DNA of 64,000 nucleotides from Octopus vulgaris (taxonomy: Eukaryota): positions 206,708,001 through 206,772,000 of the forward strand of contig OX597814.1 in assembly GCA_951406725.2 (NCBI GenBank), given 5' to 3'. The notes under the pieces are model-generated. The model did not search any database, was not told where the DNA came from, and saw only the letters and a program-made list of their open reading frames with translations. Position 1 is the first letter of the stretch; every line of letters starts with the position of its first letter. Of this stretch, positions 1-13,000 are shown in pieces. The translations under genes and the position numbers were made by a program.

Positions 1-1694
1 ACGCTATTACCTTTTGGATTAAAAGTTGCACCAGCAATATTTCAGCAAATCATGGATGCTATGTTATCTGATTGTGAATTTGCTATCCCGTACTCGGTCA
101 ACATTTTGATTAAGAGTAATTCTTGTGAACAGCATGTGGAACACATTAAAGCTATGTTTAAGAAAAGTTTTGGGGTTCACTTTGAGTGAAGAAAAATGCG
201 AATTCTTTCTACCCCACATTAAATACTTTGGGCAAATAGTTGATAAAAGTTGAAGAGATCTTGACCCATCAAGGGCAGACACAATAAGGAATATGCCTTT
301 GCCAACAAATATTCCATCTTTACAAGCATTTCTCAGGTTGGCAAACAATTATCAAAACTACATTCCTAATATGTACAAGTTAAGAACACCATTGAACGAC
401 TTACCAAAAAAAGGGAGTAAAGTGGAATTGTCTCCCTGAATGCCAGAACACTTTTGAAGAAATTGTTAAACATTCTAACCTGAGACCTGTCGTTAGCACC
501 TTACGATCCCAAAATGGACATCATTGCAGTGTTTGATGCTTCCGAGTACTGATGAGATGCAGTTCTACTTCATAAATACGAAGACGGAAGTACAAAACCA
601 GTGGTTCCTGTTTCGAGCTAATAACAGCAGAGGAGAGATATAGTCCAATTGAAAAGGAGACCCTAGCAATTAATTTTGCAGTTAAAAAGGTCCACATGTT
701 TCTGCATGGCAGAAGGTTTTTATTGCAATCAGACCATTTGCTGTCAACTTATGGGTCTAAAAGAGGGTTACTGGCTCATACTGTGATCCGCTTGCAATAT
801 TTGGGTGTAATATTACTAAATTATAATTTCAAAATGAAATCCATTCCAATGAAAAAAATCCTTCCGGAATTAATTAAAAAAATATATAGAACCACTGGAA
901 GAGACTGTTATAGCCACAGTTCTGGCAGAAAGCGAAAGTAAAAGTGTTACGACAAACGTTATCCAAGAACTACCAATGATAGCACAGGATCCAAGAATGA
1001 AAGCTGTAAGTGATGAGTATATTACAGAAATGAAAGAAGCTTTAAAAAATGAACGGAACAAAAATTCAGATGTCAGTAGTTTTTCAATCTGCAATGATAT
1101 TCTGATGTATTCCCAAAGACTGGTGGTTCCAACTTCATTACAGAAATAAAAGGTGTGTTGCAACAATTTCATAGCGGACATCCCGGAATGGCAAGGATGA
1201 AGGGTCTGATGTGGAGTTATATCTATTGATCATGTATGGACTGAGATATCGAAATCTTGTTGAAAACATAGGGAGATTGTGCACTCAAAGCCAAAGCCGA
1301 ACTGGTAAAATATCACTTGTGATCAGAAATGGAGGAGCCATGGTGTAGGCTACACATTGACTATGATGGACTGGTAAATGGTGCTTACTACCTCATCATG
1401 GCAGATAGCTGTACTAAGTGGCCAGAGGTTTGCAGGTGCTATAGACAAACCTCTAAGACAATTATAAGGTTTTTATACAAATTGTTTGTATGATATGGTA
1501 ACCATGACATGCTAGTTTCTGATATTGGGATGCAGTTCTCTGGGTACAAATTCAAGAACTTCTGTAAAAGAGATGAGATAAAGCATATTTTCACTCCACC
1601 CAACTACCTGAGGTCAAGCGGGCAGGTAGAACTCTTTGTGGACACCTTTAAAAGAGTGTTAAGAAAAGCAAGGAATGAATCAAAATGTCATTAA
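1..1694 (+). mobile_element. Decayed Ty3/Gypsy (Mag/K02A2.6-like) pol: RT, RNase H, integrase
   Basis: RLPFGLKVAPAIFQQIMD; RYSPIEKETLAI…FLHGRRFLLQSDH; HSGHPGMARMK; LHIDY…; LVSDIGMQF…SSGQVELFVDTFK. Many stops and frameshifts. Confidence 0.9.
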
Positions 1695-3386
1695 CTGCGG
1701 TTGACCGGTGTGTTTATTCTTCCTGTTTTGGGATGGGGGAAAGCTCAAATGAATTTATTTTTCTGTCAAAAGTTGTTTGCATTTTCCCCGTCACCATTGG
1801 AGAAAGCCGAACAGAACATGGTGAGGCCTATATGTGAAAGAGGGGGAGAGATCGAGGCTCAAATACAAAATGCTTTAGGTTCTGTCTAATGACATACACA
1901 TAAATACATTCTTATATATTTATGATGATGATGATGATTATAAAATTTCAGTAACAGCTTTTGAAAAAATACAATAAAAGTAACGAGAACAGAATGCATC
2001 ATCTTCATCACCATCATCTCCGTCACCACCACCACCACCACCACCACCACCACCCGTGTGCGATAGAATTAGTGGAGTTAGATATTCTATGGCTTGATGC
2101 CTTTCCTGTCACCAACCCTCACCCCATTCCAAGGGAGGTAACTATTTCTGCATCTTAAAGAACATCACAAACTATTAGAAACAAAGGACACTGCTTGCAT
2201 AACAGGGACACTCATTTACAGCTAACAAATAATGTAAAGGCAAGGAGACACACACACATATGTATGAATGGCGTCTCTCATTTACTGCCTACCAGACTCA
2301 ATCACAGAGCTTTGATTGGCCTAAGGCTATAGTTAAAGACACTTGCTCAAGGTGCCATACAGTGAGACTGAACCTAAATCAAGGTAATTAAAAGTAATAG
2401 CAACAGAAGCAGTATTAATACCAAAAGCAATCTTTATATCCAACTAAATGTGGATGTTGTGTTAGAACACCAAATACTGCCTTATTTACCTTGAGAGGAC
2501 CTCTCATATGGACGTACGGTCCATAAATGCATGCAAATTTATATTGTTGGTAGACAACAATCATCTTCTAAAGGCACCAGAACTGCCAGATCACGTATTT
2601 TCGCTCTGCTCAGGTTCATCAGTGACAGACACCCTGTAGCAACATAACAGCCAAATCTCCCTGTCAACGATATATAGACACTGATGTCACAAATAGCCTG
2701 AAGTCTTATTAAAGATAATTAATAGCAACAGAAGCAGTGTTAATACCAAAAGGCATTCTTTATGTCCATATGCTGTAATGAAGAAATTGGGGAAATTCCT
2801 GTCCACTGTAGAACTGTTTTTGAAGTTCTTTCTTTTCCTTTGTCATCTCTCTTATGAATGACCATGATCCTAATTGTTGGACCTCCTCCACCTCCTCCTT
2901 CTTGCTTTTAATATCAAAAAATAATTACCTTGTACTCTGCTTTTGTTGCTCAAATATTCTTGGCTACACAAGATGCACCAAAGAACCTCAACTTCAACAT
3001 TCTTGATAGACATTTCAACAGCAAACACAAGACTCAGCAGTTTTAATGAGAATGGTGAGTGGAGAGAAGAAACAATACAACTTCAGCTACATGAAGACAC
3101 CATTGCCACATGTTTAACTTCACTAACACCACATCAGTGGTCACAGTGGAAGGTTTTTCTGCCACATCCACTGCAATACCATGTCTCCCAGTAGACTGGA
3201 AGGTCGTGGATGGAATATCTTTGATCTGAGTGACAAAGTAATTTTCCTCATTTCCTTATTACTGATTAGAAAGAAATCATTAAATATTTTCAATATTTTG
3301 TTTGTCTTTTGTTAAATTAAATCTCTTCTCTTTAAAAAAAGCAAAAAATTAAACAAAAATGATTCTCATGGTTTTAAATTTTACAG

Positions 3387-3468
3387 AAATTTGAAGAATA
3401 TCTCCAAAATAAAGACGAAAATGAAGGAATGATGGATAAACAGGAAAAGGAAAGATTTCATTCAAAAG
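3387..3468 (+). CDS. Exon A1: last helix of an upstream macrodomain plus linker (KFEEYLQNKDENEGMMDKQEKERFHSK)
   Basis: ttttacag|AAA...TCAAAAG|gtaaac, 82 nt, phase 0 to 1. Paralogous to 16757-16838 and 52358-52412. Confidence 0.8.
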
Positions 3469-3979
3469 GTAAACAATTTGTTTGTTGATATTGAATATTA
3501 TGGTGTTTTGTCATATCGTCTCTATTAAACACTGTTTATTATAAATATGATTAATGTTATTATCATTATTATCATTCCCTGCCGGTGGCACGATAAAAGC
3601 ACCACCCGACTGTTGCCGTTGCCAGCACCGCCCCGACTGGCCTCTGTGCTGGTGGCACATAAAAAGCACCATCCGATCTTGGCCATTGCCAGCCTTGCCT
3701 GGCCCCTGTGCCGGTGGACGTAAAAAGCACCATCTGTCCGTGGCTGTTTGCCAGCCCCGTCTGGCACCTGTGCTGGTGGCACGTAAAAAGCAGCCACTAC
3801 ACTCACGGAGTGGTTGGCGTTAGGAAGGGCATACAGCCATAGAAACACTGCCAGATCAGACTGCGCCTGGTGCAGCCTTCTGGCTTCCCAGACCCCAGTT
3901 GAACAGTCCAACCCATGCTAGCATGGAAAGCGGACACTAAATAATGATGATGATTATTATTAATTATTAATGATTAATG

Positions 3980-4029
<50 letters not shown>

Positions 4030-7000
4030 GATTGCTATTATTGATATAGATGTCACACAGTATACAATATCGTGAGATTGTTGATTGAAGATATTGTGTC
4101 TACCGGGGGATTGCAGTGTTTGTCAAGTCACAAGAAGGACCTCAGGCAGACAATACTTTACACAATTCCAAGTAATGCTGACTTTTGCAATACATCTAGA
4201 TTGCAGGGTATCTCTAAGGACTTCAGATGTTTTTTCAGATTGGATGGTATTGAACCCAATTCTCCAATGACAATAGGGATAACCTTTATGTTTGACTCTT
4301 GTAGTTGCCACATCTTAGCAATCTCAATTCTCAGGTTTCCATATTTATCAACCTTTTTCTCTTTATTTCATGATGATGTGTTGATCTCCTGGCCCTGCCA
4401 AATCGATTATTTGGTACTTTTGTTTGTCCCTCCTAAAGGTTTCTATATCTGGCCTTCAGTTCTCTAACACTTTGTCTGTCTGGAAATCAAAGTCCCAGAG
4501 GATTTTTGCCTTTCCCTTTTCGTTCATTACTTTTTTTGGTGTATGTTGGTACCAAGCACCCATAACCTCATATCCATACCCATGGCATAGTAGCCAGTGG
4601 AGGTTTTGGGCTACTTTGTCGTGTCTACGCTTGTACTCTTCCTGCGCAAGACTTTCTCAAGCACTAACAGTGAGTCACACTTTCAACCCTCTTCCCACAC
4701 ATTCTGCAGAGGTCTGTTGCACTTGTGTGGTATATATTCTTTTCCACTGAGTCCTGGGCCCAAATGATTAGGCTTTCAGTATTTTTCATTAGGTCACCCT
4801 TGTTGAGCCATTCTATGATGCTTCTTTGTCTTTTAATTTGTTGGTTCCACAGTGGAACTGACCATGTAATTCCATACAGAGTAGAGTTTCTTCTCTCTCG
4901 TCGGCTGTTCGTGATCAGAATTCATGTTTACCCTCAAGTTCCTGTGCTATCAGAATAGTAGCAGTTGTAGTATTTGTAGTATTAGCAGCTGCAGTATATT
5001 AACATTATTTTTATTTTTATCATTGTCACCATCACCACCACTACAACTCTGCATGTTTCTAGTAATCCCCTATGTCAGTACAAATCTGTTGTATCCTCAA
5101 CTGTAGGGATTTGGGATTTGACCAAATTGTATGCTGTGGATGATCGGTGGTGGGAGTAAATGTGGGATGACATAGGCTTGCAAAGTAACTCTGTTACTAT
5201 TCTGCCTCCAGAAAACTTAACTTTTGTGTCCAAATAATCAATGCTAGTTTTTGAAAAACTAGACGTAAATTTTATGTTGGACTTAAAGCCACAGTTTTTA
5301 GCATAACAGTCACAGAAATGCAAGAATTTAATTAAACAATCTGGCAATCCTTCCCAAGCAAAATGACGTCATTTTAGTTTTCCCACATGTGTAGCCTTTA
5401 GGGGCCATTCTGGTAATTGTTTGGGCTAAAAAAACAAGGGTGGGGAACGAGAATTGTTCATCCATTGAAAAGAAGAGCTGGTCCCCCAGAGGAGAAAACA
5501 GCCAAGTCTTAAAAGCAACAACAACATCAACAATAGTGCATGTGAGGCCTAGGAAAGCGATTTTGCCTTGCTTCTGTCATCCCATTTCACCATCACAGGA
5601 ACAAAAGAAATTAATGAGAAAAAGTGACAACAACAGCAAGAAAACAGCTGCCATGCTGGTGGCAGCAGCAGCAGGTTTGCCAGTACCACTGCCAACATCA
5701 TCATCATCATCGTTTAACATCTGTTTTCTAAGCATGCATGGATTGGACAGTTGACAGGAGCCGGCAAGGTGGAAAATAACTACCCATCGCTACTGTGTCT
5801 GTTTTGGCAGGAATTTTATAAACTGGATGCACTTCCTAACACCAACCACTCAGCAGTTTGGAAAAGCAAAGCCTACGTAGCCAGTGTAAAGAAATATGGG
5901 ACTGTCAAAGTGCGGTTCGTCTCAGAGGAGGAGACCAAAAATAACTGGACGGCCATCCTAGCAAGGGACAAACACATTGTCATCCCCATCTACTTTGGTC
6001 GAAGAATATTCAGAGTTAGAATACTCAACATTCCACCAGATATAATCATCTGCTGGTTAGCGTCTGCAATTCTGCTGGACAAAGAAGAGAAAACGATGCT
6101 TCTAAGAATACGGGAGAGACACATGCAGAACTAGTTAGAACAGAGGATACAGATAATGTTGTGTTTCTCTTGTTCACTCACAAAGAACACAGTGATACGC
6201 AAGATAGGTATATCATGTCTCTCCAACAGAGCTCTAACCAACAGTGTTTGGTCAGGCAATCTGTGACAAATTTAGATAGAGGAATGAATAAGTGACGATA
6301 ATAAAGGAATGTGAAAGAGAGGGAGAAAGAGAGAGAATTGGATTGAGTGAAGGGATCTTAAGATTGCTTTTTTTTTAAACGTACAGCGTGGAAGATGAAA
6401 CTGTGTTTACAGAGATAATGAATTAGGATGATGAAATGAACTAAGAAGGTAATTATCGTGTGCGCTGAAAAAGAGAGGTTTAGATTTGCTCAGTTGAAAA
6501 ACAAGATTGCTTGTCTGAACATCTGATTTTCTAGTCTGTTGGCGAGGTGATTATACATTGAAATCTTGTATTTATTTCCATTTAGCATCATTTGAATGTT
6601 ACTTCAGCAAATGCAAGAACATGTGGAAATATGTGGACATGACTAAAAGGTCCATACAGAACCATTTATAAGAATCCCAAGACCTCCTTTAATGTCTATG
6701 AGAGAAAAATGCCACATACATGGCTACGCATGTATGATTGCCGAAGGAAAGTAATCTTTACTTCAATGGTAGCAGAAGGTGAAGTCTGTGCATTGCCAAA
6801 AAGAGAACTTATATTTAAGAACTCTCTCCACCCAGATGCTTAATTAAACCCGAATTCCACTTTGCTGGCAGTTATTCCTCACTCAGAGATTTTGGACAAG
6901 GAGCATGACCAATGATGGAATCCTCCTCTGTAATTGTCTCTTGCAATTAGAGGTGTGGCACTTGCTGTCAGAAACCCATTGCCCTACTTCCATACTGGCC

Positions 7001-10000
7001 ACTCTGATGAGCACAGTGTTAGATGATATCCTGTGCAAAACTGATTCGTAAGAATGGCTGAAATGGATTTCTAATACTGTATAGTTTTGATGGTAAATTA
7101 CCTACTCTATTAACAAATGTACGAATGCCTGTTTTCCTAGTTGATGGTGTCTTACACTTATTTCTATAGCATCATCATCATTATTTAATGTCCGTCTTTG
7201 ATCTGGCATGGGTTACACAGTTTGACAAGATCTGGTGATCTCTAGAGCTGTGTTAGGTTCCACACTCAGCTGGCTGGCTGAGTGCATCTGGCTGGCTGCG
7301 TGCGGCTGGCTGGCTGAGTGTGGATGGCTGGCTGTCCTTCATAATGCCAACCATTTTACAGTGTGGACTGGAAGCTGCTTTTCTCATGGCACCAGCACTG
7401 GTGAGGTCACCAAGTATCTTGCAAGCCCCCTGATGGAACTGGGGAGTGGGGAGGTGGCTTGATGCCAGGGGTAGAAAGTCTAAAGTTTGCCAGAGAGTTA
7501 AACACATAGATCTAGAGGAGACTCATGGCCTCCTCATATTTATGCAAAGGTGCATGACAGTATCTGGAAGGGAGAAAGATGGTGGTAATAGGGTGCCAGA
7601 GCATAGTCCCAAGTTTGAAGAAGGGGAGTATAAGGGGTCTGTGGATGACGAAAGAAGGAATGGGAGGGTAATGGCATCAGAGTGTGAGATGAGAATAGCA
7701 GAGGTTAGAGATGGGGCTTGAGGTGGTTGTAGAGAGTGAGGAACAATGGTTTGAGGTGGAGTCGAGAGACTGACGGGGCTCGAAAGGAGGAGGTGACAAG
7801 AAGCAGCATAGGAAGGGTGGAGAGCAGCAGAACCATCAATCTGTTGATAGATGAGGAGGAAGAGAGATGATGACCAGGATCTGACGGCAGAGGGAAAGCA
7901 AAGATGATGAAGTGTGAAAGAGATGGGAGTCAGAGATACATGGGGGTGGTTGTAGTGAGTGGGACCAGAAAACTGGAGGGAGTATTAGCAATGGCTGTGA
8001 GAGGGTGTTGAGAATGATTGCAGATAGGAGAAGTGTTCAACAGGAAACCTGGCAGAGTAAGGTGTAGCTAAGAGGGGTGGGTGGGAAAGATTAGGGAAGG
8101 GACAGAAAGGGATGATCGATGGAAGGTTGTATGGATGGAGATGATGATGAAAGAGATGCAACTGGTATTAATGAAAGGGTGGGGGTGGTGATGAATGCTC
8201 TCAAATGGTTACAGCAGTAAAGTAGGACCATAGTTAGAAGAGTATAATAGAGGGGTGTGTGTTAGGAAGATGAGATGTGGTGAAGGGGATGCTTCACAGG
8301 GGCAAATGTGGGCGTAGGGCCCCGCATGGACAGGAATATATATCACAGTTTTTGGACATAACTTTTGCTGTGACAAATGTGTCTTTATATATCATTTTGT
8401 TCAACTTGTGCCAGCATGGACATGAAATGTAGATGGGGATAATGCTGATGATGGCATGCCTATACGTATGTACATCATGATCATCATCATTTAGCATCCA
8501 TTGTCCATGCTGGCATGGGTTGGACGGTTTGACTGGGGCTGGCAAGGTGAGGGGCTACACCAGACTCCAGTCTGACATGGTATGGTTTCTACAGCTGGAT
8601 ACCTTTCCTAACCACCAATGTAATGGCTGCTTTTATTTACCACCAGCATGGATGCTAGATACATGATGCCAGCATCAACCACATGGCCTCTATGAGGCAC
8701 AACCCCCAAATGGTACTTTTTACGTGAGACTGGCATGGCTGGCAGGTAGGTGACACCTACAAAGACCACAGCTATGATTTCATTTGGCTTGATATGTCTT
8801 CTCAAGTATGACATATCGCCAAAGGTCTCGGTCACTAGTCATTGCTTCCATGTGGCCCATCATTTGATGATTATGCTTAAGCACCTCATTCCATGTCTTC
8901 CTGGGCCTCCCTCTTCTACAGCTTCCTCCCACTGGTAGAGATTGGAACTTCTTCAGATGTCGTGTGCAGTTGTCTCTCTTGTACACCACATCTGATGCTT
9001 CTTATGCCCAGCTAAGATATATATATATATATGAATTATCAATATAACATATATCAGAATGAGAAGCACAACCTAAAGAATAGAGCAGACTTTATGATTG
9101 AAAATGTGTATGTTTGTGTGTGTGTATGTATGTATGTTTATATTTGTTTATTTTCAGGAACCAAACCATCAGACCTTCTTAGTCCACAACAGGAATCGTC
9201 CTCTATGACACCCAGAACTAAAGTGACATCCAGAAAATATGATGGCATCAAAATAAAACTAATGATTTAGTCAATTTGGCCTATGTGCACCCCAGACTGG
9301 TAAAGCGTTAAGTGTATGGTTGGCTGGTTTTTGAAGTTACTGTTGCTTATATATATATATATATATATATATATACTGTTGTGTCTCGGGGGAGGGTCAT
9401 TTTCTTTTTGTGCCTTATAATTTTACACACTCACTGGTGAAATGTCCGCTTAATGTAGAAACTGAGAAGAACGTAATGGAGAGCCTCCAGCAAATAGCTA
9501 ACTCCATCCACCAAAGTATCAAGGTAACTATAGATTAAACCCCACTAAGCACCCCAACAATGGACTCCCTGTACTTGATACTGAACTTGGGTTAGAGACT
9601 GTGAACAAAAGAGTGCAGCTCCTCCACTCTTATTACATGGAGCCCGTAACTTCAAACTATGTCGTTCAGAAGAATTCACCTTTCTCACAAAACATGGAAA
9701 TTTAACCATACTGATAGCAGACTTAATTAGAATAATGAACAATGTGTCCCCACTATGCGAACCCTATGAAACGACAAAACACATACAGAACTTCATTCAC
9801 CGCATGCAGTTCTCTGGATATGATCAAAAAGATAGGGTTCGAGTATACAGGGGTGCTAGAAATAAATCTGATAACATTATACGTAATGACACCAGTGGTA
9901 GCTGCCCTAGATATAGAAACAAAGAATGGAATAGGATACAAAGCACTTGTGACAAAGCAAAGAGGGCGAACACGTGGTATAAAAGTGAGAAATATCAAGG

Positions 10001-13000
10001 AGTGATATTAGTAGAGGCCAAATCCCATGGAGAACTAGCCTGTAGATTTAGGGAAGCTCTGAAGGAGACCAAACTCGACATTAAGATTGTTGAAAAGCCA
10101 GGGAACTCCGTCAGATCATAACTATGTAGGATGTACCCCTTTAAGAATACCATATGCACCAATGATAACTGCATGGTATGTAGGATTAGCCCTGGCATTA
10201 ACTGTAGAACTCGAAATGTAGTTTACAGCATAGGATGCTTAGAAGGTACTTGTAAAGACATGAACATGACTTACATAGGGGAGACATCTAGGAGCATAGC
10301 TGAAAGACTAAATGAACATTTGAGACAATATGACAACAAAAAGCAGTCCTCCATACTTTACCAACATCCCAAAGACCACCGTAGAGGCAACTTGGGTCAA
10401 CTTGACATCCGCATCTCATCCAAGCAATCAAAAGACCCAACACTCAGACAAATACGGGAGTACGTCCTTATAAATGAAACTTTCCTAATACTAAATAGGA
10501 AATATACATCGTAGATACCATACGCCCATACCCACAGTGTACACAGGTAGAGTAGAATAGTTAGTGGGCTGTTATGTAGATAGATGTATGTATGTGTGTG
10601 TGTGTGGTTACATATGTGTATATGCACATGTATGTAAGCATATGGATATGAGAATAAACAGATCAACATACAGATGGATAGGTACATAGGTTATATGAAC
10701 AAACAAGCACACATACACAAATGGATACTGAAACACAAGAACATATGTACACACACGCTTTACTCCACACAAGGACACATATGGAGATACGTGTCCACAC
10801 ATATAGAGATGCACATCCATACATACAAACATGGTACAAAGTGGCAAAACACACACACACACACACACACACAATGAGACAGAGGTGCATATATACACAA
10901 ACACACTCACACACACATACACAAAACATACGCAGACACGGACATGCAAGCACATGAATATGCAGATTACATACATACAGATGCACACACATACATACAT
11001 ATATACATATGCATACACACACACATGCATGCATAGACACACACACACACTGACCCACACACATGCGCACAAACAAACAAAAAGGAATGCAGTGTAAATA
11101 ACGGACAGAGTCAAGACTATTGAAAAGGTTGCAAGATGCAACGAAAATTTTAAGAAAAAAAAATGAGAAATAAGTGGAAATTTTTGGCAGTGAGTGTGTT
11201 AAATTATAAGGCACGAAAAGAAAATGACTCTCCCCAGACACAACAGAATATGCTTCAACACACAAACTCACATAAAGAATCTTGCAAACCAAATCCAAAC
11301 ATGAAATACATATACGGACGTTAAGTGATGATGACATATGTGTGTGTGTGTGTGTGTGTGTATAAAGTGTACATATGTTGATATTTGTTTATTTTTTTCA
11401 GACACCACATCATCAAACACATCTCTTCCTGGCTCGCAAAAGGAAACCTCTTCTGTGGCACCCAGACCTAATGAGACACCCAGAGAAAATGATGGCATCA
11501 AAATACAACTATTGATTGATTCAATTTCTAATGCATCTGTGAGTAAATAGATTCACTTAACATATTTACCTTTAATTGTTATTTCATTTTCAACTGAGGA
11601 CTCATTACAGTTAATTAAAACATTTTCTCAATCAAACTCAAACATTTTATTTCCTTCACATCTGATATCTTGAGTATATCTTTTGCTAACTTTAACAACC
11701 TCAAACTTACTACAGCCATTCTGAAAGAGCCTTTCTTAACAACAACATCAACTGCAACAATGTATCTCTTTTCTCTCCATGGAATATTCCTTTGCTGTTT
11801 ACCATTAATTACTTTTCTAGGTTGATGTCATCGTTAACAGCACCAATAGAAGCCTCCGGCTTAACATTGGTGCTATCTCCAAATCTATTCTCAATGCTGC
11901 TGGTCCACAGATACAAGATGAATGTAACCAGAAATTTCGTCGAAGTATTTCTACATCTGAAATTGCCATCACTAAAGGATATAAGCTCAACTGTAAGAAT
12001 GTATTTCATCTGGTATTACCTGGCTGGTATGAATATCATTCTGATTCAGTAAGTATCAATCATATTATATTGATTTATTGAAAGAGTTAATGTTTGAAGG
12101 GAACCTTATGCATGTTGTGTGAGAATCATAAAGCAAATGTCAGCATCCTGTTTAATATTTGTTCTTCCAAGTTATCATTGGAAGGAAGCAGAAGATATCG
12201 ATGAACAGGACACTTTTATATATAAATAGAAGGAAAAAAGCCTCATGGCCTAACAACAGTTATGTGACTGATAAATAAGACTATATTAAAACATATTTCT
12301 GTGTTTTACTCTCTGTATTGGTGAGTTTTTCTCTGTCATGGCACGAGCACTAGAGAGGTTGTCATGTCCTCAACAACACTAAAGACTCCTCTTGGGTCTG
12401 CATTGTCTCTCTTCATTCACCAACCATTTTACACGGTGGATGGGGTCTGTTTAATTGTAGCAGCATCATGAGTGAGGTTGCCTTGTCTCTTGCAGGACGA
12501 AAGAGTGATAGGAATGACAGATGTGTTTAGAAGTGGTAGGAGTGAGAGGAGTTGTGAGAGGAGGATATATTTATTACAACTTAATGGTTTCTTCCTGTAA
12601 TTAGGAAAATAATTTAATAAAATGTTCATTATCAATTACTAAACACTTATTTTTTTAGATTCTGGCAAACTTGACTCGAATAATAACCACTTGTCTGGAA
12701 ACTGCTGAGAGAATGGGAGCAAAAAGCCTGGCATTTCCTATATTAGGGGCTGAAATGAAATACCCCATTGGAAAACTACCCAGAACAATGTATGAAGCAG
12801 TGAAAAACTACTCAGATCAAAATTCAAGCCAGATCAAAGATGTTTACTTTGTTGTTTTACCTGAAGAAGACAGAGAAATAGCAAAGGTTGGTTGATGTTT
12901 TTGTTGTTTGTTGTTTGATGTTGATATTTTTGGAATTTACCAAAAGCATATTCTGCAAAAAATGAAGAAAATAGAAACAAGAATCTGGAATCATTTTATA

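Larger units (their letters stand above)
1647..12985 (+). repeat. Intragenic tandem segmental duplication, copy 1
   Basis: Collinear with 15020-29245 at roughly 97% identity by eye, starting at tttaaaagagtgttaaga, with several large indels. Confidence 0.95.

Noticed and set aside
1701-2158. Short ORFs conserved in both duplicates (MTGVFILP…, poly-His)
   Set aside because: Conservation is explained by the recent duplication; there are no splice signals or recognisable domains.
5860-6160. ORF 5751-6134 as a host gene
   Set aside because: It spans a deletion junction and begins in a dispersed repeat; it is probably a retroelement ORF1-like remnant that I cannot classify.
6586-6778. Candidate extra exon (tttag…gaag|gtgaag)
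   Set aside because: Stops occur in all three frames, there is no macro/PARP similarity, and the region is deleted in copy 2.
10580-11140. His/Thr- or Cys/Val-rich ORFs (also 26800-27340)
   Set aside because: These are translations of degenerate (CA)n/(TG)n microsatellite.
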